A DNA stretch of 59,441 nucleotides. Source: Perkinsus chesapeaki ATCC PRA-425. Its lineage: Eukaryota > Protista > Perkinsozoa. The stretch covers positions 1 through 59,441 of the forward strand of contig JAAPAO010000163.1 of NCBI GenBank assembly GCA_013115145.1, in the 5' to 3' direction. The position numbers and the translations under genes were made by a program. The number at the start of each line of letters is the position of its first letter. Position 1 is the first letter of the stretch. This document shows, one piece after another, positions 12,481 through 23,123 of the stretch. The notes under the pieces are model-generated. The model saw nothing but the letters and a program-made list of their open reading frames with translations. It did not search any database and was not told the origin of the DNA.

Positions 12481-13986
12481 ATGAGCTCCGAAGCCGCGAA
12501 TCTTCATTGCCGATTCTACCGACAGCAGTTCCCCGAGATCGACCAATGTGTTGTGGTAATTCCTACGAGCCAGTTCATCGCCGTAACTTCCTCGCCTTCC
12601 ATTAGGCTCTTGTTAAGCAAGTCACCGACGTTGCAGCTTACGTTTCACTTTGCGAGTATGACGATATGGAGGGAATGGTGCTCCTGTCCGAGCTCTCAAA
12701 GAGGCGTATCAGATCCATCCCTAAGCTCATCAAAGTCGGCCGGTAGCCCCTTCCCTGGCCTTTGGAGCTCGAGATCAGCTTGTTGCTCAGTTATGATACG
12801 TTTATGGTCCTACGAGTGGATAAGGAGAAGGGATATATTGATCTATCTAAGAAGCGAGTCTCCAGAGAGGATGCGGCCGCCTTGGATGAGAAGTAGTATT
12901 TCATCACTCTCGGGCCTCATTTGAGGGGATTCAGGTACTCCAAGGCCAAAACTGTACAGTCGATCATGAGGCATATAGCTTCAACTCATAAAATGCCCTT
13001 GGAGGAAGTATGTTCCAAGATATCTTGGCCTCTTTACGATATGTTCGGCCATGCTTATGACGGTCTTGCTAAGCTCGTTGGGTAGGAGGTTGGTTGGGTA
13101 CACCAGTGGGGCCTATTACTCTTACCAGGGACAATGCCGATTTGAGCATCCTAGACAAACTGGATATAACTCCTGAAGTTCGCGAGACCCTTCTCAATGT
13201 CGTAACTCGACGAATGGCTCCTCACCAGTTGCGAGTGAAGGCCAAGGTTGAGGTACTAGCAATCGGGGGAATGCATGGAAGGAGCTGGGGTGTAGGTGTC
13301 TTGCTTTGGTTATGAGGGTATTGAGGCCGTCAAACGGGCTTTGATTGCTGGTCGGACAGCAGCAAACGACAACACTGAGGTAAACGTGATCTTTAATATG
13401 ATCTAATGCGTATTGCGTCCAGGCTGGAGACGACGAGTCTATGAAGGCTGTCACCACTGTGAAGCTGATAGCGCCTCCCCAGTACTATATCGTCACAACT
13501 TGCTCATTGAGGGTAATAGAGGGCTCGGAGGGCTGAGGTTGGAATAGGCGTTTTAGGATGTCGGATTCCAACGGATTGAGATGTGCATTGAAGCTATCAA
13601 GGAGTCCATCGAAAAGGAAGGCGGCACTTTCGCCCTCAAACAATCGTAATGCAGCCGAGGGGGTGTCCAATGGTGATCGGATATTTAGGCCTGAACTTGT
13701 CGGTCTTGATGAGGAGGAACTTGCTAAGCAAAAACAGGATGAAGAGGAGGTAGTAGAATCAAAGGTGGTGCTGGGCTGCTATTCGGCATTATGGTATTGT
13801 GATAGTCGGAGTCGGAAAGCAGTGATTCTGAGGATGAAGACGAGGGCATGGGTGATGCCGATAGTAAGCAATGGGGTGGCTCCAAAGAGAGTTCTGGTTA
13901 AATTTATCGGAGCTGCTGCTGCATTGGTGGAATTTTAACTTTTTATTTCTTCAGTCGATGAGAGTGCCTTCGCTAAGGCTGAGTAA
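12481..13986 (+). CDS. EIF2S1: Translation initiation factor eIF2 alpha (multi-exon)
   Basis: [30 protein letters not shown] (Ser51 loop), [43 protein letters not shown], acidic tail; the GT-AG introns traced in the 3' half splice in frame to TAA at 13986. Confidence 0.97.
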
Positions 13987-14070
13987 TATCTCGATAAATG
14001 GCAGCAATAATAATAGCAGCGGAGAATGTTACCTCAGTTTCCTCAGTTACACTGCAGCTTTGCGTTATAC

Positions 14071-16245
14071 ATGAAAAATATCCTACCAGTTCGTTGCTCA
14101 ATGCTGCTATCGTCACTTCGTACTGAAGCATGGCCTTCTTCTTCATCATCATCACCTACTGCCCGGAGTAAGCGACGGAGTGTCTTCGATAGCTGCGGTG
14201 CCCGCTCTTGGGCTCTCGGACTATTTTGGTTCGCGGCAATATCCTCTACAGTATTGGCCGCATTCATACTTGTCTACTTTGCCCCTTTGTCAAGTTCTGG
14301 TAGGCCAGCCGGTCTATTCTTTCGTCGATCCCCTAAACCCATACCTCCACCACATCCCTACGGCATCCAGCGTCAAACGCTTAATGATGGTCATTACCTA
14401 GCAGCCGGAGACCTTACCAATATCTCCCATGGCAGGCCGGAATATGTCGACTTCATCACCACAGCGATGGAGGAGACAAAGAAGGACACAAAACTTTGGA
14501 CGGGTGTCCAGTGCACTGGTCATCAACTCAACCATTCTTGTATCTTTGACAACTTGTATTATACTCCCAAGGATGAGAAGTTCCACGTGATTCTGCCGTC
14601 GTTCGCTCAGATTAGGCGAGCTAACTACTATGGGCGACCGGTGGATGTTTCTAGTGACCCTAGCTCACTGTTGATGAGCAGGGATCATCTCACACCAGAT
14701 GCTGTGGAAATGGTGCTGGCGAATTGCAGTGACTTCTTCATGGGCGATGTTCCCTTTATACCCACAGGCGGTAACTTTACGCCGATTATACATATATTCA
14801 ACTCTTCCAGCGAAGCCCTCAGTTGGCTGTCTGCGTCATCCCCCCACACTGGCCTTCCTACTATTATAGATGGTCTCACGGTCTACGGCTTTTCCTTGTA
14901 CATGCATAATGTTGGTCATCTGCTGTATGATGGTATTTACCCTTTATTTATATCGATGATCCGCTTTGGTTACGGTGAGGCAAGAGTTAATGCTGCATTC
15001 CGTATAGTTTATAATGAAATGCATCAGCCCGGTCAGAAAGTGCCAGCCGACACAGTGGTGCCTAAATTCTTCGGTGGCACCTATTACAGGCTCAATGACT
15101 TCTCTGAAGATCTTTATCGGTTCCAACGTGTCATTGTTGGTTCCCGAAGAATGGCCCATAGATCTCTTAATTTGCAAGGGACTATGCCGGGCTCATACAG
15201 CTTTGAAAACTCTCTCTACTATTTCACGCAACGGCTGAAAGCCGCCTATGGTTTGGTACCATGGACGGACTTCATGTCCGCCAATGCCGAAATTAAAACA
15301 GATCGGGCGGCTGGTGGTTGTAAGGGTGTCTTCACTGATAACAAAAGATTCACCGAACATGAACGAGCTATGTTCCGCAGTATATTAGCCAAACTTAAGA
15401 AGTCTGGTTTATGCGACATTATCTTCTTACAGTGGGAGGAGCACTCCTTTAGAGAGCAGCTGGAGATCTTCTCCGAATCTGATGTTTATATCAGCGGCGT
15501 TGGCACCGGCATCACTCGGGCCCACATGATCAAGCCCGGTGGTGTTGTAGTTAACTTGGGCGAATTCGAAACCATCGGATATCCCCCCCGAGTTCAGGCT
15601 TCTTACAGAGACGTCCAATTCTCCACTGGTGCGCCGTACTTGGGCGTTCTGTTCTATCCTGCTAGGCTTTGGAATATTTATGGTGAGTTTCAACCAGAAG
15701 CTGTCGAAGATATTATCGAGCAGGCGGTTAGGAAAGTGAAGGAAGGCTTTGTTTTGCCTCGCCCGTTAGAGGACGGTCTCTCCCACGTTGGCAAGACTTT
15801 TTCACAATATTGCGAGCAAAGTCCTGAAGACTGTGACGAGCTGAACTCAGAGTTGAACCCTTTTGATGATGCTAATAATGATTATTGGTGCGCTCTTTGT
15901 AGCTGGCCAGAATATATAGGCCTCGATAGTATGTGGCATGAAGGTCAGAGTTGCGAATGGTATGGTGCTGCTCGACAATGTAAATTCAATTATAGACTCT
16001 TCGAGGAATGCCAATCACCAGATCACATAGCATTTGACAAGGAGTGCCATGAAGCCAATCGTCCAGCTATGCGCCATCAACGGCAAACACTACTTCAAGG
16101 CCAAGCCACCGAGCTCGGTGTTGGTGTTTCGGAGTTGAGCCCTTCCCAAGCTACAGAAGCCCTCCTCGCGGGTCGGCCGCCAGATTGCCCTGTACGCTAC
16201 GAGCCCGGACTGACATGCTCTTGCCAACCTCTGGTGTGGTTATGA
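14071..16245 (+). CDS. GT61/DUF563-like glycosyltransferase, type II membrane protein, paralog 1 (intronless)
   Basis: N-terminal TM, HNVGHLLYDGIYPLF (cf. GT61 N.xH...D...PL) and QLEIFSESDVYISGVGTGITRAHMIKPGGVVVNLG (cf. Q..F....V.VG.HGAGL.N..F..PG..V.E). Start could be 14071 or 14101. Confidence 0.7.
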   Translation: MKNILPVRCSMLLSSLRTEAWPSSSSSSPTARSKRRSVFDSCGARSWALGLFWFAAISSTVLAAFILVYFAPLSSSGRPAGLFFRRSPKPIPPPHPYGIQRQTLNDGHYLAAGDLTNISHGRPEYVDFITTAMEETKKDTKLWTGVQCTGHQLNHSCIFDNLYYTPKDEKFHVILPSFAQIRRANYYGRPVDVSSDPSSLLMSRDHLTPDAVEMVLANCSDFFMGDVPFIPTGGNFTPIIHIFNSSSEALSWLSASSPHTGLPTIIDGLTVYGFSLYMHNVGHLLYDGIYPLFISMIRFGYGEARVNAAFRIVYNEMHQPGQKVPADTVVPKFFGGTYYRLNDFSEDLYRFQRVIVGSRRMAHRSLNLQGTMPGSYSFENSLYYFTQRLKAAYGLVPWTDFMSANAEIKTDRAAGGCKGVFTDNKRFTEHERAMFRSILAKLKKSGLCDIIFLQWEEHSFREQLEIFSESDVYISGVGTGITRAHMIKPGGVVVNLGEFETIGYPPRVQASYRDVQFSTGAPYLGVLFYPARLWNIYGEFQPEAVEDIIEQAVRKVKEGFVLPRPLEDGLSHVGKTFSQYCEQSPEDCDELNSELNPFDDANNDYWCALCSWPEYIGLDSMWHEGQSCEWYGAARQCKFNYRLFEECQSPDHIAFDKECHEANRPAMRHQRQTLLQGQATELGVGVSELSPSQATEALLAGRPPDCPVRYEPGLTCSCQPLVWL

Positions 16246-16544
16246 GATACTTTCGGAGATAATCGGTGTTAGTACCGAACTGTGTGTCAGAGTAGCGCTG
16301 CTCCTATGAGCCTTCCTCAGTCAGTCTATTCAGGATTAGCCTCCGTATCGAGGTTATTGACAGTGCACAGAATGGATTAAGTGTTCTCATCATTGTCTTT
16401 GTACTTGTGCTGCTTAAGAGCTCTGAACAGTTGTATTATCATTCCCACCCAAACGGCTCTTTCTACGTCTCTCTTGGTTTTGTGTTAGAGTTTAACACCG
16501 ACGTCTGTCAGCATCATCATTACATAGGTTATCTTTTGTTCTCC

Positions 16545-18614
16545 ATGGCCAGCCCTCGTTCTTCCTCCCGAGGGCGGTTAAGGCCCCTGCTTAACCAACG
16601 GTTGTTGCTTTGTTTGGCCCCTATAGTCTTCACAACATTCTTCCTGTTATTTCTCTCATATAACTCGCCAATTCATCGAGCCTCTTCACTTCGTGGCCCC
16701 GAAACGATTCCCACGGCTCGACTGCCTTCAGCTCAGAGCACTAATGTCGTTTATAACACCTCATCGGAGCATCTAAGAGCAGCCCAGCTGACTGACCCTA
16801 TGAGTGGCCGCCCTTCAACTACTGACTATGTTATCATCGAGAACGGCAGCAGAAGCAGCAACTCCCATCTGTGGACGTCGGTGCAGTGCACGGGTCACAG
16901 GCTCAATCGGAGCTGCATCTTCGACAACTTCTACTTCGTTCCATCAGAAGACAAGTTCCACATAGTTCTTCCTTCCACCGCAAAGGTACAATCATCCCCC
17001 TACGCAGGGAGACCAGTCGATGTTAATACTGACTCTGTTGTGAGAGGTCCTCATGACGGTTCTGTCACCGAGGCTCGAGTGCGGTCCCTGATCGACGGGT
17101 GTAGCGACTTCTTCATGGGCGATGTTGATTATGCACCAACCGGTAACGAATTCAAGCCTATCATTCATATTTTTGACGATCCTGTTGATGCCCAAATGTG
17201 GATAGTGTACCACACCCCTACTGGTGCCACCTTCCGTCCCGGTCTTACTCTCTATGGTTTTGCCCTTTACATGCATAACGTTGGCCATGCCCTATATGAT
17301 GGCCTTTATCCTATGTTTATTTCCATGTTACGTTTTGGCTACGGTGCCGCCGATGTTAATATAGTTCTGAAGATGGTCTACAACAAAGTTGTTCAGCCAG
17401 GCATGCACACTATTTGTGATGATATAGCCCCTGTTTTTGGCGGTGGTGACTATACTCATCTAGACGATCTTACCGATGGCCTTTATCGCTTCCAGAGGGT
17501 TATCGTTGGTTCCCGTCGTATGGCTCATCGCTCTTTCAACACTCAAAGCACTTTACCAGGCTCCTACACTTACGAGAATGCACTGTGGTACTTTACTAGA
17601 CGGTTGCAGGCTCGCTACGGCCTTATCGATCCCAAGACTGCTATGGACCCCTCGGTTGAAGTGAAGTCTGACTTTGCGAAAGACGGTTGTAAAGGCGTTA
17701 TTACTGATAATAAGAGATTTGATGATGCCGACCGTCGAATGTTTTACGATCTGATAGAAAAACTGAAAAATCAGGACGTTTGCGATTTCACCTTTGTTGA
17801 TTGGAAGAAGTACACCTTTGAGGAACAACTGAAATTATTTACGGATTCTCATGTGTACGTCAGTGGAGTAGGCACTGGCATAACACGGGCACATCTCACC
17901 AAACCAGGCGGGGCGGTTGTCAATTTTGGGGAACTGGAGAAATTTGGCACTCCCGAGCGAGTCCAGATCTCCTATCGAGATGTCCAGTTCGCCGCTGGTG
18001 CTCCATACCTTCAAGCTCTCTACTATCCGGCTAAGTTGTGGAACGTGTACGGTCGACTCCAGCCCGAAGCTGTTGAGCTGATCGTGAGACAGGCAGTAGA
18101 CCTTGTGAAGAACGGCTGGCAGATGCCTCGGCCTCTTGAAGACGGTCTCTCTATTGTCGGTCAGGCTATGGACAAGTATTGCAAAGCAAGCCCAAGTGAC
18201 TGTTATGATTTGGAGAGTGAATTCAATATCAATGATCGACCCGGTGTGGACGATCCTTGGTGTTCGCTTTGTATGTGGCCAGATTATATAGGTCTTGATA
18301 CGATGTGGAGGAAAGATAGCACATGCGAGTGGTACGATAAGACTCGTAAATGTAAACTTGATTACAATTTGTATGATAGCTGCCGGTCACCTGACCATCT
18401 TGCCTTTGATGCAAAATGCCATGAAGATAGTGAACCGGCGATGCATGATGTTCGGAATCGACTCCTGTCTGAGAAGGCGAGTCAACTTGGAATAACTGTT
18501 GATGAGCTATCTCCCAAAGAAGCAACTAAAGCTCTGCTGACCGCCGATCCACCAAATTGTCCACCAACCTATCTATCAGGGCAAGAATGCTGGTGCAAGG
18601 CACTAGTCTGGTGA
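16545..18614 (+). CDS. GT61/DUF563-like glycosyltransferase, paralog 2 (intronless)
   Basis: ATG MASPRSS at 16545 after a pyrimidine tract; same motifs (HNVGHALYDGLYP; YVSGVGTGITRAHLTKPGG); colinear with paralogs 1 and 3. Confidence 0.7.
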   Translation: MASPRSSSRGRLRPLLNQRLLLCLAPIVFTTFFLLFLSYNSPIHRASSLRGPETIPTARLPSAQSTNVVYNTSSEHLRAAQLTDPMSGRPSTTDYVIIENGSRSSNSHLWTSVQCTGHRLNRSCIFDNFYFVPSEDKFHIVLPSTAKVQSSPYAGRPVDVNTDSVVRGPHDGSVTEARVRSLIDGCSDFFMGDVDYAPTGNEFKPIIHIFDDPVDAQMWIVYHTPTGATFRPGLTLYGFALYMHNVGHALYDGLYPMFISMLRFGYGAADVNIVLKMVYNKVVQPGMHTICDDIAPVFGGGDYTHLDDLTDGLYRFQRVIVGSRRMAHRSFNTQSTLPGSYTYENALWYFTRRLQARYGLIDPKTAMDPSVEVKSDFAKDGCKGVITDNKRFDDADRRMFYDLIEKLKNQDVCDFTFVDWKKYTFEEQLKLFTDSHVYVSGVGTGITRAHLTKPGGAVVNFGELEKFGTPERVQISYRDVQFAAGAPYLQALYYPAKLWNVYGRLQPEAVELIVRQAVDLVKNGWQMPRPLEDGLSIVGQAMDKYCKASPSDCYDLESEFNINDRPGVDDPWCSLCMWPDYIGLDTMWRKDSTCEWYDKTRKCKLDYNLYDSCRSPDHLAFDAKCHEDSEPAMHDVRNRLLSEKASQLGITVDELSPKEATKALLTADPPNCPPTYLSGQECWCKALVW

Positions 18615-18757
18615 CGCGCTTGATGGTGATGTTTTCCTCTTGTACAATTATCCTTTAAACCTCAATATTCCTATAAAGTAGTTGCTTCCGAGTTAACTTA
18701 AAATCACCTTGTCGTCTGCTTAGTTCCTTCTTGTCTTCAGTTTTGGCTTACTGCTAG

Positions 18758-20797
18758 ATGTCCGGCCCGCGGAGTGCAATACGGCGTGCTCGCCGAAGTC
18801 TGTTTGCTTCTTACATTCGCCGAGGTCTCCCTCGAGTGCTACCCTATTTCTTGGGTGCGCTATTAATTCTTGTTATATTCTATCTTGCATTTGCCATCTC
18901 TCATGTGGACTATGTCGGCAACTATCTCCGTGGTTTTGGAAGTCTGACGGGATCGCCTCCTTTTGAGCCGAGGATGGTTAGAGCTGATCAGCTCGTGAAC
19001 CCTATGAATGGTCGTCCATCAACTGTTGACTATTTCCTCCCCGACTCTCCCGAAAACGAGGCAAGCCTGTGGAGCTCTGTGCAGTGTACGGGCAGCGTGG
19101 TGAACCGAACATGCTTGTTTGATAATCTCTATTATAGGAAGGATGAGAACCGTTTCTACCTTCTGCTCCCTCGTAAGGGAGAGGTGCGTTCATCGCCTTA
19201 CTACCAGAGACCGGTATCTCCGTTAATAGACCCCGTCATACCGGGTCCCTATGATGGACCAGTGCAAGCTGATCGTATCAGGAATCTCACTAGGAACTGC
19301 TCTTCCTTCTTTATGGGCGACGTTCATTACGACCCCATTGGTCAGCCGTTTTCTCCCGAACTAATGTTCTTCGATGATTCAGCCGGCCTCGTTAACTGGC
19401 TCAACCAGCAACCGTGGAACCCAATGAATGTCAATGGTGTAACTATATACGGGTATGCCTTGTATGCCCACAACGTTGGCCATATCATGTACGACGCGCT
19501 CTATCCTCTTTATGTTTCGATGATCCGCTTCGGTTACGGTGACGCCGACGTGAATGTCGTAATGAAGGTCGAGGACCGGTTTAATGGTAAGAAGTTCCTT
19601 TGCGACGAGTTCTGGCCTCGATTCGGTGGTGGCTTGTACAGTCGTTTGAACGACCTTCGTCGCCCCACTTACCGTTTCCAAAGGGTTATCGTCGGTTCTC
19701 GGCGAATGGCCCACAGAAGCTTTAACACTGACACTACCATGCCGGGTTCTTACACGTTTGAGAATGCTCTTTATATGTATACTCAACGTATCCTTTCTCG
19801 GTATGGTTTGGTTGATCCCATTTCGGCAACGAAAGTGAGCTCAGCTGTGAAGATAGACCAAGCTCAGAATGGTTGCAAGGGTGTTATTGTAGATAATAAA
19901 AGGTTCACTGATGCTGAACGACAAATGCTCGAATCTATTGCTGTGGAATCACACGATGCACTAGGCTGCGACTTTACTTTCATACGTTGGGAAAAGTACA
20001 CCTTTGAGGAGCAGCTGAAGGTCTTCTCCGAGGCCAACGTTTATGTGAGCGGAGTCGGCACCGGCATAACACGGTCTCACTTCATTAGACCCGGAGGAGT
20101 TGTGGTGAATCTTGGTGAAATGGATCGGTATGGCACACCTCCTCGGTTGCAACCAGGATACAAAGATGTCCAGTTCGCGGTCGGATCTCCTCAATTAATG
20201 GCTCTTTATTATCCGATGAAGTTGCTTAATATGTATGGTGAACTTCAGGAGGAAGCTGTACGCAATTTGATGAGGGAAGCAGTGCAGCTGGTCCATAGAG
20301 GTTTCCCTATACCACGCCCGTTGAAGGATGGCTTAGCACCGACTGGCATGAGTATGGTTAAATACTGCGAAGCGAGCCCCGAGGCATGCCAAGATCTCAG
20401 TGGACAACTCAGCGTCGAAGAGGTTGCTGAGAACAATGTTTGGTGTGCCTTCTGTACATGGCCAGATTTCTTCGGGCTTGATCCGATGTGGCGCAAGGGT
20501 ACCAGTTGCATAAAAGAAGGTCAACCTCTGCAATGTCGGCTGGACTACGATCTCTATGATAGATTCCGCGATCCCAATCAGATAGCTTTCGATGCTGAGT
20601 GTCACGAGGCCGCTCGGCCACAGATGCAAAGGTTGAAGCATGAACTGCTTGCTCGCGAGGCTGATCGGCGAGGTGTCAGAATTTCCGACCTAACCGATTC
20701 TGAAGCAACCTTCGCTATGATGCAAGGGTCCCCTCCTGATTGCCCACCAGTTTACGAGCCACAACAGGAGTGCTTCTGTTTACCACTTGTATGGTAG
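18758..20797 (+). CDS. GT61/DUF563-like glycosyltransferase, paralog 3 (intronless)
   Basis: 679-aa ORF, N-terminal TM, HNVGHIMYDALYP, YVSGVGTGITRSHFIRPGG, shared C-terminal C.C.PLVW. Confidence 0.7.
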   Translation: MSGPRSAIRRARRSLFASYIRRGLPRVLPYFLGALLILVIFYLAFAISHVDYVGNYLRGFGSLTGSPPFEPRMVRADQLVNPMNGRPSTVDYFLPDSPENEASLWSSVQCTGSVVNRTCLFDNLYYRKDENRFYLLLPRKGEVRSSPYYQRPVSPLIDPVIPGPYDGPVQADRIRNLTRNCSSFFMGDVHYDPIGQPFSPELMFFDDSAGLVNWLNQQPWNPMNVNGVTIYGYALYAHNVGHIMYDALYPLYVSMIRFGYGDADVNVVMKVEDRFNGKKFLCDEFWPRFGGGLYSRLNDLRRPTYRFQRVIVGSRRMAHRSFNTDTTMPGSYTFENALYMYTQRILSRYGLVDPISATKVSSAVKIDQAQNGCKGVIVDNKRFTDAERQMLESIAVESHDALGCDFTFIRWEKYTFEEQLKVFSEANVYVSGVGTGITRSHFIRPGGVVVNLGEMDRYGTPPRLQPGYKDVQFAVGSPQLMALYYPMKLLNMYGELQEEAVRNLMREAVQLVHRGFPIPRPLKDGLAPTGMSMVKYCEASPEACQDLSGQLSVEEVAENNVWCAFCTWPDFFGLDPMWRKGTSCIKEGQPLQCRLDYDLYDRFRDPNQIAFDAECHEAARPQMQRLKHELLAREADRRGVRISDLTDSEATFAMMQGSPPDCPPVYEPQQECFCLPLVW

Positions 20798-21000
20798 ATG
20801 ATCTTTAGGCTATGTATGACCGTTGTAATATTTCTGTGCAGTGTTCCTTTATCAAAAATGTGTTAGTTCACTCGAACCACTACCGCTATTAGCTACCATT
20901 TCCACCCTCTTCCCTACTGTTTCGTTGTACGGTGAATCTCTATTTGACTCTCTACTATTCAGTTGTCATTCGTGTGCCTTCTATCTTCAACTAATTTCTA

Positions 21001-22116
21001 ATGCTTCGATCACAGTACATTCGTCCGTTGTTGGTTTCGCACATACGGCGAGGAGCGTTCATCAAGGGTGTCATAGGAAAGGAGTCGATAGATGCCACGA
21101 CTCTGCGAAATCCTGCTGAGATAGTAGAATGCATCTCCGCAATAGATGAGCCCACTTCTGAGATCTGCGGCTCGATCACCCTACGAGCGCTGGCGCTTCT
21201 TCCTGCTTTCACGTTGGGACAGTGTGCCACGTTGCTGTTGGCCCTGGAGAAGGCCGGCGCTGAGACAGACGTCCGACAGTTCGCCGAAGGCGTTGCTGAG
21301 AGCATTTTCTGTGCCGAGTTGCCTTCAGACGACAGCGAGGGAGGCTGGCGCTATTTGGAAGCTTTGAGCTTTTCCCTGCCGAGCTCTCTAAGGGATAATG
21401 ATGGACTGAGCCATATGATACTAGCCTGCGCCTGTGACGGATCACAAGACGTCTCTATAGGGACAGTCTGCCAAGGTCTCATCGGCCTTATTAGAGCTGG
21501 TATCCTATCCCGACACGCCCAGGTGGCAGTAGAGCAACTAGAGCTTTTGGGGTTGAGACTTCACGCGTCTGCGAGTCCCACTGATGTATGTCGACTCGTC
21601 TCATTTACCGTGAAACTAATACGATTGGAGGTTGGCCTAGTCCCTGAGAGGTTTCTGGAGAGCTCTATGGTCTACATCACAGCTCGTTCACAGCAGTTCT
21701 CGCCTGAACAGCTTTCCTCGATTGCTGTGGCATTCTGGCGGCTAGAAGGGTTGCTGCCCGAGTTCATCGTGTCTGTATCGACCATAAGCAGTTTGACTGG
21801 CGAAATAGCGTGGAAGTGCTCTCAGCTTCGGTTGGCGCCCACCTTGGACGCAATTGAAGCGTTGACGAATTTGCGTCGATTTTCAGATCTCGGGGACCGC
21901 GATCGTCTTCGGCCAGTCCTTGTCCATCTAGCTAAGCGAGCCTATGCCCTGGAGCCTCAGTCTGTCATCAGGCTCGCAAGGGTCCTTCACAATATCTCAT
22001 GCTTCGACGAGTTCAGCTACGACCTTATAAAGAGGCACATGCAACAGCGCTCTTCTGACTATTCGAAGCAGGATCTAGTTGAATTAGGCATGGCAGAGAT
22101 AGCGAATGAAGGCTGA
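21001..22116 (+). CDS. Alpha-helical repeat protein (FASTK/RAP/HPR-like), possibly mitochondrion-targeted, intronless
   Basis: 371-aa ORF; Arg-rich, acid-free N-terminus (MLRSQYIRPLLVSHIRRG); repeats like FTLGQCATLLLALEK, FSPEQLSSIAVAFWRL, LEPQSVIRLARVLHN, YSKQDLVEL. Confidence 0.5.
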   Translation: MLRSQYIRPLLVSHIRRGAFIKGVIGKESIDATTLRNPAEIVECISAIDEPTSEICGSITLRALALLPAFTLGQCATLLLALEKAGAETDVRQFAEGVAESIFCAELPSDDSEGGWRYLEALSFSLPSSLRDNDGLSHMILACACDGSQDVSIGTVCQGLIGLIRAGILSRHAQVAVEQLELLGLRLHASASPTDVCRLVSFTVKLIRLEVGLVPERFLESSMVYITARSQQFSPEQLSSIAVAFWRLEGLLPEFIVSVSTISSLTGEIAWKCSQLRLAPTLDAIEALTNLRRFSDLGDRDRLRPVLVHLAKRAYALEPQSVIRLARVLHNISCFDEFSYDLIKRHMQQRSSDYSKQDLVELGMAEIANEG

Positions 22117-23123
22117 CATGTTTCTGAAATCAATTACGTTTCCACTACTTCACGCGGTTGCATGTTGTGTGTAGTCAGTCAGTCAGACTTACTGTAGTCT
22201 CAAACCGCGAGTGTTGAGCTGTGTGAGTGCTATCCGAAAGCGGCTAGGATTCGGCGTCACGAACGACTATGACGGATATAACAGATACACAAACAGACGT
22301 CTATATAACGAATGAACGGGTGGCCTAGCTCGCCTCTCTCGTGGTACAGTGAACTTGGGGGCCAATGCTTTCAGAGACTCGCTATGTACGATATACACCC
22401 TCAGTCGCCACTTCTGGTTTCCATATGAACCAAGAGCTTAACAGCCGATCTGTCTCCTCTATATTTTAGCCTACTACCCTGGGAAACCGTACGTTATGCG
22501 AAATATATTAGGCTTACACGGGGAAGCTTGAGACTCTCAAGTTGAGAGTGTCAAGAGCATTGGTTGTAGATCAAGTCACTACCAAGTCGAAGCGGATAGT
22601 GAATGAGGGTATCAACTTTGTGATGCCGAGTCCGCGTCGGCGTTGTCCCAAGCGCTCTCCACCGCTGCTCCATGGAACTGTTCGATATCATTGCTACACA
22701 AGGGCATAGGAGTGCTATGATAGTGAGCGTTGCTACCTCAGTGTAGCCTATGTCTGTGAGGCGTAGAGCACCAGGTCATTACCAAAAAGTGGCTGGTACC
22801 ATATTGTATAACATTGTTCCGTTGAATGACTTGGTGTAGACGACGCCTTTAACATGAATCTTATCATTTACCGTCCGATTTGATATGAGCTCCCAGTGCT
22901 CGCGCATCTAGACATTGCCAGTAGGCTCCTGAACAGACTTACTCCGCCGTTTGATTTGGTCGCAGGTAATATTCTGATACAAACATCGGAATGCGCTTCG
23001 TGACGCTGGTGTCCCGCGAAGGCTCCAAGGGGCCAAATTCCGAATATGAAAAAGACTCATGCGTGCAATAAGATCGTTGTCAGAAACCCGTTGAACTACA
23101 AATCGTGCTTCTCTCCATCATCA

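Noticed and set aside
14043-20641. Many minus-strand ORFs overlapping the GT61-like genes
   Set aside because: Antisense shadows of long coding sequences, no recognisable motifs.
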